Assembly (NCBI RefSeq): GCF_003918875.1
Contig: NW_025765103.1
Coordinates: 1,426,001 to 1,490,000 of the forward strand
Length of the DNA stretch: 64,000 nucleotides
Direction: 5' to 3'
DNA from: Haliotis rubra
Taxonomy: Eukaryota
Within the stretch, counting starts at the first letter, position 1; each line of letters opens with the position of its first letter. The position numbers and the translations under genes are program-made. Below are positions 50,997-61,449 of this stretch, piece after piece. The notes beneath the pieces were generated by a model that saw only the letters and a program-made list of their open reading frames with translations, did no database searches and was not told where the DNA came from.

Positions 50997-53078
50997 TTTG
51001 GTATCCACCGAATATCTAATACTGATCCTAAGTACAGTGGATACCCAAAAGCACGTCAAATGCCCAAGTGTATCATATAAATATTCAAAATGGCGAGTTT
51101 TACATGTCGGTACTGGGCCACACTATCTTTTCCGGCAGTCAACAGTTACTGACAATCTGTCGCCTTGTGTCTCTTCATAGTATACCTGTATACGGCGTCC
51201 ATCAACTTCTTATTGTATATGAATTGAGGAAATCACATTTTCATAAACAATTCCGACTTTCTGAAACTATATTTATCCCCAGGTGCCTCTTCTCAATGAT
51301 CATCCACTCGGCACAACCTTCCTTTCCTATGCGAAGACATGTAGACGCCAAACTTCTCTTGCTTCACTCAGAAGGAAACGTATTCATACTTGGTGTTGAT
51401 GTCCAAACTTTCAAGTAAATGAAACAATAAATCGCGTTTTCTAATCATCCATGTACATGAACGTCCGAGAATATAAACATCCGAGAATATCGTTGGAAAG
51501 TGTATTTTGTTGGAAAGTGGAACTGTGCATTCAGAAGCTCACGAAAGGTATCCTTCGCCACACACTGTGTATCTGTGATCCACACCCTGTGTAGGACCCA
51601 CGGGTAGTGTGGCAAGTATTATTTCATATTTAATGGCCGTTATAAATCATATCGCGACATTGTCATACCATCATTAGATGTGGTTGTATTTGTACACTGA
51701 GTTGAGAGTCATTTACCGGCTGTAAACATGTCAGGTTTCCAGCCTGGCGTTGTTATCAAAGCATTTGCCCGACACCTCGCTACTCCGTGACGATTTACAA
51801 CGTTGATCACAACGACACACGTCGCCCATCACGTCCATAGTGAGGAGTTTGGATGATGTTGAAATTCTGAATCAATTTCACTATTTTATGTTCACTTCAA
51901 ACTGATAACAAACAAAGTTTGTTTTTAAGAACCGCGTTGACACAATACATTTCCTGACGTTTGAGCGACGTAAAACCCAATTTCACCTCACCTGTCGTTT
52001 GAATAAAGCAACGAAAAACACATAATTACCGACACCTCGTTCATCTTATAATCTGAATCAGCTCCGACATTCTAAGGAACTACAGTATTATTGGATGAGC
52101 CCACATCTCGGGAGACTAAATCACGTGGTCTCTTCTACTGCAGGTGCGCCTATCTTGATCACGCAACCGACAAATACTTTAGTCTTGCTGTTGATGAGCT
52201 GTAACCAGACCTGGTATCGCCACAACCTAATCAGCCAATAAATCGATAAAATGCGGTGTAGATCTTCTTCATAGCGCGACTGTAAATACAATTATAGATA
52301 ATTATAGATTATAATAATTATAGCTATAGGAAGATGCTGTTGGCACGCTGAGGTGAAAAATGTTTATTAATTTTACATGTTGACGCCCCTGATAATGTTT
52401 TGTCCTGTCATACAGACAGAATCCGTCCTGTCATACAGACAGAATCCATTGAGCTTGAGGCGTGGCCTACTTTCCCATGTCTACCTGTCATCTGCTAACT
52501 ATGTGAGCATTGTGTGAGGTCCTCGTTATGGAAATATTCCATGCCAAATAGATAAGAATAGAAGGAATCATCAAAACATGACACCTCATCTGTTTGGAAA
52601 TGATACAATCATCCTACTTGTAAGCAGGCGATCAGATTTGATGGATTATAATGGTTGGCGTGATGCGATAATGGCGCACGTGGTCGTTAAAAAGGTCGAA
52701 GGTTGAATTTTGCAGCCACAAATGTTGGCTAGACATGCACGACTTCTTCCGGCACGCTTCTGATGAGACGACCAATGTCATCTTGACACATGGTGTCCAA
52801 CTCCTCAGTGACGTTGACCTACGTCTGTCAATAGCCTCCATGACGTGTTGGGTGAAACCTCGATTCTTTTGTCATGGACGCCGAGAGTGAATCTCGATTA
52901 GCCTGAATGTATGGCATTAGGCGCAATGCCAATCATCACAGTGCTACCGTTCTCTACACATTGACACCACATACAGTAGCGGTAATAATTTTTGCTCGGA
53001 TTGGTAAACTGAAAATGAAGGAATTTGGCAAAGAAGTTTAACTTAAAGATGATATTGTTAAAAACCGTAAAACATCTA

Positions 53079-53678
53079 GATCCCTACTGCCGACAATCAA
53101 GATCCCTACTGCCGACAATCAAGATCCCTACTGCCGACAATCAAGATCCCTACTGCCGACAATCAAGATCCCTACTGCCGACAATCAAGATCCCTACTGC
53201 CGACAATCAAGATCCCTACTGCCGACAATCTAGATCCCTACTGCCGACAATCAAGATCCCTACTGCCGACAATCAAGATCCCTACTGCCGACAATCAAGA
53301 TCCCTACTGCCGACAATCAAGATCCCTACTGCCGACAATCAAGATCCCTACTGCCGACAATCAAGATCCCTACTGCCGACAATCAAGATCCCTACTGCCG
53401 ACAATACTGCCGACAATCAAGATCCCTACTGCCGACAATCAAGATCCCTACTGCCGACAATCAAGATCCCTACTGCCGACAATCAAGATCCCTACTGCCG
53501 ACAATCAAGATCCCTACTGCCGACAATCAAGATCCCTACTGCCGACAATCCCTACTGCCGACAATCAAGATCCCTACTGCCGACAATCAAGATCCCTACT
53601 GCCGACTATCAAGATCCCTACTGCCGACAATCAAGATCCCTACTGCCGACAATCAAGATCCCTACTGCCGACAATCAA
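53079..53678. repeat. 22 bp near-perfect minisatellite (GATCCCTACTGCCGACAATCAA)
   Basis: About 27 copies with no spacers. Confidence 0.98.
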
Positions 53679-54373
53679 GGCCCTCGTAAAGCTTTCAAAA
53701 GTTTTGGGTATCGCATCTGTGGGCTAATAGTACAATAGTACTATACCATCCCGTGTTCTTTTAAGGGGAACAGTTCCCTGGCCCTTGGAGGAGCCGTTGG
53801 GGCAGGTAAAATCTTCTCGCAAACACCATACTAGCATAGTGATTGATAAACATGTGTTCATGATGCAGTCGCATTTGCACAATGGACCCTGCTTTTAGCA
53901 TGGACTTGAGAATCTCATGTCTTTGGAAAACACCGAGTATGTATGACGTATGACCCCATTGATAACAACTGTTATCGCCGTTATCGTGTAGAGTCATTGG
54001 CCCTCTACACGGATGTGCAACATATCTACAGACATGTTCTCACATGTGATCACACGGACCTCAAATACAAAGTGTAATATTATTTAGATGTTTAAGGATG
54101 TATATCTGAAGCAAAACGACAGTGTTCTCAATATGGGATGTTCCTGAAGGTTGTGTAGCTACTTGATTCACTCCGACGGCGCATTCAGGGATTACCACCA
54201 TCTTAGTCTCTCACCGACCCTCAAGCAAGACGATGGACAAATCAAAAGAAAAATCTAATCAAGCCTGCCTTTGCTCCTCAACTCAAGCTTTAATCGTAGC
54301 AGTCGTCTGTTCTCTTTATACTGGTATATTTGTCTGGGTTCAATCCAGCTCCTTCTACACCTCGAACACCGCC

Positions 54374-54895
54374 ATGTTGATTCACGTGACCTCTCACCTT
54401 GGGCAGACGACAGATCTGGTCGTCATGACAGACGACACTGTACTGACTTTGAAGGAGAAGATCGCCGAGGAAGAGGGTACACCCGTTCAGCAACAACGTC
54501 TCATCTTCCTCCACCAAACACTGGACGACAGCAGGACGTTGAAGGAATACCGTATCAGGAAGGACTCTGTCATCCACCTAGCCCAGAGCATCACCAGGCA
54601 CAGCGGAATCCGGGTACTTGTCTCCAGGGTAGGGGACACGACATTCAGCCTTGTTCGTGTGTATGGAAATGAGACTCCGCTTGTACTGAAACAGAAGGTG
54701 TCCGATATTGTGGGTATTCCGGTGGGCGTAATGTCCGCTGTGTTCAATGAGCGTCATCTCTGTGACTACAGCAGGCTGTCCGAGTTGAACCTTGACCCCA
54801 AGTTGGTCTATAGGCTTTCGGTAGTTCCCGTGTATGGTCGAAGGTATCCGGAGATTGCCGACATGAGGTATGAACTGCATCTGGCCGATTTATGA
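54374..54895 (+). CDS. Tandem di-ubiquitin-like protein without C-terminal diglycine (173 aa; optional 47-aa extension from ATG 54233)
   Basis: UBL1: DTVLTLKEKIAEEEGTPVQQQRLIF..QTLDDSRTLKEYRIRKDSVIHL matches the ubiquitin pattern [47 protein letters not shown]. UBL2: ETPLVLKQKVSDIVGIP...VFNERHLCDYSRLSELNL. GCCATG context. Confidence 0.88.
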   Translation: MLIHVTSHLGQTTDLVVMTDDTVLTLKEKIAEEEGTPVQQQRLIFLHQTLDDSRTLKEYRIRKDSVIHLAQSITRHSGIRVLVSRVGDTTFSLVRVYGNETPLVLKQKVSDIVGIPVGVMSAVFNERHLCDYSRLSELNLDPKLVYRLSVVPVYGRRYPEIADMRYELHLADL

Positions 54896-55294
54896 AAACC
54901 GAAATGTTATGACGTTACGACGTTACAGACAGCACTACGGATGTATGTTTTAGCGCGGACATCGTGAATGTGAAACAAATAGTACATCAGACATGAAGCA
55001 TGTGAGAGGCAATGAACGTATCAACAATACTTCACCATCCTGAAAACATATTGTAAGATACAATCTTGATTTAGATTTACCAAGATCAGTAAATGTCTTT
55101 CAACGTTTCAGTGAACGTTTAATTCCCCGTTTCAAGCTTATGGTTTAAGGTCTTGTATCTATCATATCCGGTTTCATTAACATCATTTTCAACCAGAACA
55201 TTTTCATTTAACATCTTCTTTCAACAATAGTTACAGCAGTGAACCATATTGTTTTCATTTTGCTATAAACCAAAGCGACTGCAGTTAAGATCTG

Positions 55295-55990
55295 GTTTCA
55301 ACCATATCATGTGTGGTATATCTGTTGTTTCAACCATATCGTGCGTGGTATATCTATTGTTTCAACCATATCATGTGTGGTATATCTGTTGTTTCAACCA
55401 TATCGTGGATGGTATATCTGTTGTTTCAACCGTATCGTGCGTGGTTTATCTGTTGTTTCAACTATATCGTGCGTGGTATATCTGTTGTTTCAACCGTATC
55501 GTGCGTGGTTTATCTGTTGTTTCAACCATATCGTGCGTGGTTTATCTGTTGTTTCAACCAACCATATCGTGCGTGGTATATCATGTGTGGTTTATCTGTT
55601 GTTTTTCAACCATATCGTGGTATATCTGTTGTTTCAACCATATCATGTTCCTGTTGTTTCCAACCATGCGTGGTTTATCTGTTGTTTCAACCGTATCGTG
55701 CGTGGTTTATCTGTTTCAACTATATCGTGCGTGGTATATCTGTTGTTTCAACCGTATCGTGCGTGGTTTATCTGTTGTTTCAACCGTATCGTGCGTAGTA
55801 TATCTGTTGTTTCAACCGTATCGTGCGTGGTTTATCTGTTGTTTCAACCGTATCGTGCGTGGTTTATCTGTTGTTTCAACTATATCGTGCGTGGTATATC
55901 TGTTGTTTCAACCGTATCGTGCGTGGTATATCTGTTGTTTCAACCATATCGTGCCTGGTTTATCTGTTGTTTCACACATGTCATGCGTGG
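55295..55990. repeat. 32 bp minisatellite (TATCTGTTGTTTCAACCGTATCGTGCGTGGTW)
   Basis: About 20 copies; explains the ORFs at 55249-56156. Confidence 0.95.
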
Positions 55991-56657
55991 GTTACCTGTT
56001 GTTACAGCTTTGCTGTTTGGCTTTAATTCATTATGTATTAAAAATACAAACTATACAAGTAAAGGCATCTGTTTCTCACGCCAGACAGATGAAACTTGGG
56101 ATGTCCTAGTTTGTGGTAAGAAGCTACCAAATGACTCGACTTTAGACAAAGGTTAGAAAGTAAATGCCCACAAGAGAATATTTAAGTTTTTCACTTCTCA
56201 AGGTGCGTGTATACCCTCACCTATGTGTGAGAGACTGCAAAATGGCGTGCGCTAAGGTAGTGCTCCTGGCTAGAGTCAATAGCGAACGTGAACTATATTT
56301 GCCAAGAGTACACAATTTTAATATCTGACATTTGAATGACCCCAGAAATCTGACTTTATTAAAAACCAACACGTTTGATATGCTCTCATACAATTAGGTA
56401 CCAAATCCATATGCAACCATTCACTCCGCGCCCTGTGGTCCCAATCATACACGCAATCAACATATAATACACGTATTGTTAGTTCGCAGGCTGCCTTCCT
56501 GACACCTGAATAGAGGGGCGGGTTAATGGCCACTCTAGGGCGGATTGACCAACGAGTAGTTGTGTGGAAAGTACAAACATAAACAGCGACGGACAATGTT
56601 CAATACGACTGCAGACCTAACTGTTTCTTGTCTCTGAAATGAACATGTATATATATA

Positions 56658-56764
56658 CTCATGCCAATAATGGTTGTCACCCCCTCCCCACCCAACCCCC
56701 AACACCCACACACCCCTCTCCAATAAAAAAAATTGAAGGGGATGACAACCATTATTAGCATGAG
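56658..56764. mobile_element. TA-flanked MITE, copy 2 (opposite orientation to 11113)
   Basis: Same TIR CTCATGCCAATAATGGTTGTCA; the core is the reverse complement of the copy 1 core. Confidence 0.9.
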
Positions 56765-57504
56765 TATATGAGCGAGATAACGGTTACTAAAGTATAATAA
56801 TAAAATATAGCAAAAGGAGCCCTGAGACTTTCTTCATTTCCAGAAAGGCTGTGCACGTGGTGATCTTGACTTGAATCATATTACAGGAGCGGATACAGCT
56901 TTTTGAGAAATGGGGTGTGCACACTATTGAGAAAAGGAGGGGTGCACACTTCATTTTTACCCAAGTTTCAATGGTCATTTAACAAACTTTCAGCACAAAG
57001 GGGTGGGGGGTCCGCCTATGTATTCTAGACTTGAACGGGCTTTATTGGGTGTATTTGTTTCAGGGTCTGTACGACAGGCTAACCTGACAGGCGTCAGACC
57101 AAATATTGATGATATTGTTGGCCTCTGTGAATCAGGGCAACATTTCCCTGGGTACTGATCGACGGCGGGAGGTAAAATATTTTACGTCCGCTTTGAAGAA
57201 TCTAAAACGAGCTCAGATTCTGGTATCAAGTGCCATCATGAAACACGCCCTGATGTAAGGAGTTTACTCCAAAATCAGAAATTATATGTTCCTACTTTTT
57301 CATCACCAGCTGATAAACAGATGACCGATGTTACAGGAAAAGGTCCGTGTTTCCAGGCTCAGCCCACTTCTAGTTACAATTACAGCAAGTACCCTGGAAC
57401 CGTCTCACTCTGTGAATGTGGTGGAAGCGGTGTGAAACGACCTGCTCCTTCTGGTCAGTTACGTCTAACAAGCAGAACCGATTTAGTGGCGTCCTGATAG
57501 ACCT

Positions 57505-58092
57505 CTTCTTTAGTGGGGTTTCATTAGATATTGACGAAGGGCAAGTGCATCATCTGCAAGTATGAAGTAAGGCATATCCAGATCATCTTTTGGCAATGGT
57601 TCAGGTTCGGGCAAGCATATGTTGCCATTTTCTATACACTCCTCCAACTCTGAGGCATTGAAGATTTGTGCATCTGACATATGACCCAGGCCTCCGACGT
57701 CCACCCATAAAATCTGTAATTAGCATCTAAAGGGCCAACAGGACAATGGAGAAGAAACCCTTGCATTTGTGGTAGAGGCTTCCACTACCAGGTGGCTTAC
57801 GAATCGCGATGTGTTTTCCATCGAGGGCACCAACAGCATGAGGGAGATTCCATCTCTGCTCGAATTCCAGACTGATGGTCTTTCAATCCCCTTGAGTGAC
57901 AGGACATGCAATCACTGTATCCTTATAGTGGTCTACAATGGCTTGGCACACCTCTGGGAGAAAGATGGCTATGGTGTGTCTTGACACTCTAAAGTGGTAG
58001 GAGAGGGAAGGGTGCTTGTCTCCAGAGGCTAGGTGCCTTATGGTAACTGCTAACTTCAGACCAGTGTGCAGAGTTTTCCTGAAGTTGGTGTC
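57505..58092 (-). pseudogene. PIF/Harbinger transposase fragment
   Basis: DTNFRKTLHTGLKLAVTIRHLASGD..SLSYHFRVSRHTI..FLPEVCQAI; [21 protein letters not shown]; SIVLLAL; DVGGLGHMSDAQIF; PYFILADDALAL..LMKP. Contains stops and frameshifts. Confidence 0.93.
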
Positions 58093-59013
58093 GGTGACAG
58101 GAGGCGGCTTGGTATTCTTGTTTCTAAAAACAAACGAAGGAGTTTAGAAACCTTAAGGCTGGGTATGATTGATAGAGGAACTGTGGCTGTCTGTAAGGAG
58201 ACAATTAGAACTGAGCTGCATGCAATGGGTTGGCAGAAAAGTCGAGGAATTCCATCACCGATCATGAAACCTGAACAAAAGGAGCGAAGGTTGAACTGGT
58301 GCTTACAGCATAGAAATTTTAACTGGGACAATGTGATTTTCTCAGATGCAAGTTCTGTGTGGCTGTTTCCTAATACACTGAAATTCTGGACCAAACAAAC
58401 TGAAAAACCTTTGTATCAGCGCCCAAAGTACAGTCCGAAATTTAACGTGTGGGGTGGCATATCTGTGTTAGGGGCAACGCCCCTCTGTGTATTTGAAGGG
58501 AATATGAACAGTGAGCGGTACACAGATCATATTCTCGAGGGACATTTACTTCCATCTGCTCACGTGTTCTATGGAAATTTTTGGATTTTCCAGCAGGACA
58601 ACGACCCAAAACATCGTTCAAAGCATTCACAGGCCTGGTTTCGGACCCAAAATATGACATTATCAGATTGGCCAAGCTATAGCCCTGACCTAAATCCAAT
58701 AGAAAATGTTTGGGGACTTATGAAGGAAAGTGTCAATAAGAAAAATCTGACAAATATTGCTGAAATGAAAGAAGAGGTGGTCCGATATTGGGACAGCATG
58801 GACCACGACTTTCTAACTTCTTTGATCAGTAGTATGCCCCGCCGCATTGAAGCCTGCATTGCTGCCCATGGTGACTTGACAAAATACTAACTGTTCACCT
58901 GTCTTTGAATCTGGAGTTATGTTCTGCTAATATTCACATTTAATACGTGAGAAATGAGTGAAAAAAATAAAATAATTACAATCTTAAATTCTCAATAATT
59001 TCTGGTTGTACTG
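58093..59013 (+). mobile_element. 5'-truncated Tc1 element; DD34E transposase frame open from 58093 to 58890
   Basis: VIFSDASS, VWGGIS, FQQDNDPKH and SPDLNPIENVW (34 spacing). Right end ...ATAATTTCTGGTTGTACTG followed by TA. The first HTH/GRPR and the left TIR are missing. Confidence 0.93.
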
Positions 59014-59015
59014 TA

Positions 59016-59592
59016 TATTGATAGATATCTATCTCCAATCACATATGTTGTTGCAGCAGAGGAAGTAGTTTTCAACTGTGAGCATGTTGCTAGATAATAG
59101 GAATCGGCTGTCATCTTCAGCTTTCATGGCCCACAATCGGGACCATTTGTGGTTTGGAGGCCGATTTTACGTGTCTTACTTGGCAATTATACGTACTTTA
59201 CTCGGCGTCGATCGGTAATCTTCGTGTGTAATCGGCATTTACGGCAATGAGCCTTCGATATCGTAAGCCTTACATCGGTGTGTCGGCGAGCATCGTGAGG
59301 AATCGGGAGTGAATCGTAGATATATCGCTGCAGAAACGTGATATAAACGTAGCCAATCGGCCAAATACTTTGTGAAATTGTATCAACAATGGGTGCTCAA
59401 TCTCAGTGTTACCGGCATTTATACGTAAGTCTGCAGTCACTTCATTGTCCATTACGTACGTTTACCGTAGATACTGCGTAGAAAAGGGAAATATATACAA
59501 AAACTGGCCGATTGAGAACGATAACATCGTAGGTGACGAATCGGCACAAGTCGGGGTAGTCTTGATAGGTCGTAGCCCAGTGAAATGGGGGC
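59016..59592 (-). mobile_element. Probable 5' end of the Harbinger element
   Basis: Ends ...CAGTGAAATGGGGGC before ATATTA; ATCG-rich subterminal repeats; lies on the far side of the Tc1 from the Harbinger ORF. The partner TIR was not found. Confidence 0.45.
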
Positions 59593-59852
59593 ATATTACA
59601 GCGCTACATGAACCACGGTTTTTTGTGTTTTTAAGTATTTTTATTTCCCATCAGTATGTTGTACATCGCATTTCAGAATCAAATGCAATTTTTACATGTT
59701 ATAGAATACAGTTTTTGCGTTACACACCACTTTCAAGCGATATACACATCACATTTTACAGTATTGATTTCTGCTATTTTCAGTTTTGTAAACACAGTAG
59801 TATGTATAGTAATAAATCTGCGTAGTTGCAGTGATCATGAATCGTATTCATT

Positions 59853-60452
59853 GCTTAGCTGATACATAATAGGGACACTGTTCCATATACATACATAAGT
59901 ATACTTCATCTATATATACCTTAAGTGCATGTACATATGCGTTCATATATACTTCTACACACATACATATATTCATCTACGGACACATACATACACATGC
60001 ATATACACATACATACGCATGCATACACATATACATATGTATATATACATACACATACATAAATGCATATACCCGCATGTATATACTGCGATTGTTTATA
60101 TAGATACATCATGAGTAATGATATTCGAAAATAGTGTATGGAAGGAGGACCAGAAAGTAAAAAATTGTGTTTGCCTCACGTTTGAAAAGGCAATGTATTT
60201 GGTGGATTTATAATAGTTTAATATTTCCCGCTGAAAATATTGAAAGTTTGGCTTCATATTTTTCAAACTCATCTTATATAACGTATATTTCACAATAAGA
60301 AAGACCACGTTTAGTGGATTATTATTTTTGCCCTTCCAGCCAAATAATATATTTTCATGAGAGAGGTTGATACTTCCTTCGGATAATATATCAAGCCATC
60401 CGGACACCTCCTTCCATATTTTTACAATATATGGACATTCACATGAGCCACG
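59853..60452 (-). mobile_element. 5'-truncated Tx1/L1-clade LINE 3' end with a TG/TA-rich tail
   Basis: CECPYIVKIWKEVSGWL...ENILFG...LNVVFLIVKYTLYK...KYIA..FFTFW matches the Tx1/L1 ORF2 C-terminus; (TATG)n-like tract at 59885-60095. Confidence 0.75.
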
Positions 60453-60960
60453 TTGGTCGTGGGTCCTATATGTATAATTAAACATGAAACCAAACAGCCA
60501 ATGAACATAACGGGTACTTTTGAGATGCATCTTGCAACAATGGTACGAAGGTCAGCGGATTCTGGGCGCCGCTATCCACACAAGTATTAAAGCCCCGTAG
60601 TGGTCTGAACCCCTTACCTCTAGTCTGACTTGGCGTTGGTAAACGGCCACTATCGATTTTCCAGAGTGAAGGACATGGGAGTTGCCTCCCCTAGTACAGT
60701 TGACAGCTGGATATCAGCAGTACGGGTTATTTGTTACCTAAAAGCTTTTTTGAAGCCTTCAATCTTTTAACTGTGGTCAAGCAGCAAGAGTCGTTTCTGA
60801 GTCTATTTGAAATCGGCGTAGCAAGAGCATATTTAGTTGTACTTGAAGACTTGTGAAATGTTGGCACCCAAACGGATCTGTTGGCTTATAACTACTCGAA
60901 GTCAACTCTCTTTACGAAGCTCCTGAAGGGACATTTTCGTAACCAAAAATAAAAATAATA

Positions 60961-61103
60961 ATCTCGTAATAACGACTTACATTCTCGTAATAACGACTTC
61001 AAATCTCGCAATAACGACTTATAATCTCGTAATAACGATTTTTAATCTCGTTATAACGACTTTCAGATCTCGTTATAACGACTTTAAAAAAACTCGTTAT
61101 GAC
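60961..61103. repeat. ~21 bp tandem repeat (ATCTCGTAATAACGACTT), possibly the core of a decayed MITE
   Basis: About 7 copies. Confidence 0.85.
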
Positions 61104-61233
61104 TTTTGGTGGCCTTCATCTACTTCTGAATTGGGTCTTCTGCATGGACTGCTTGAACATAGAGTTCATGGTTTGGAACGACTTGATGAGCATCTTGTCT
61201 TTGGAGTCCTGCGTAGCATCCCTGCTTGCCTTC

Positions 61234-61346
61234 CTGGGCCCCGTTCCTCAAAGCGATCGTAGCTCTACAACAGTCGTAAGTCTATGTTAAAGTATGGGAG
61301 TTACGATCAACTTTGCGCTACGATCGCTTTGAGGAACGGGGCCCTG
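61234..61346. mobile_element. Palindromic MITE-like hairpin, copy C
   Basis: Perfect 28 bp arms GGGCCCCGTTCCTCAAAGCGATCGTAGC / GCTACGATCGCTTTGAGGAACGGGGCCC; loop TATGTTAAAGTATGGG. Confidence 0.88.
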
Positions 61347-61449
61347 ATACCTCCACGGTAGTCGCATCCAAAGGTTTGCGCAGCAGAGGCTTGGTGTATA
61401 AATCCGACCATTGGCAGGAAGAGAGGAGACCCTGACGTCGCATAAGTGT

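Noticed and set aside
53025-53738. 22 bp array as a CRISPR, or as a 237-aa protein
   Set aside because: Contiguous units without spacers, no cas genes, eukaryotic context; the period is not divisible by 3.
55249-56156. Cys/hydrophobic-rich ORFs of ~280 aa
   Set aside because: Products of the 32 bp repeat, open in all three frames.
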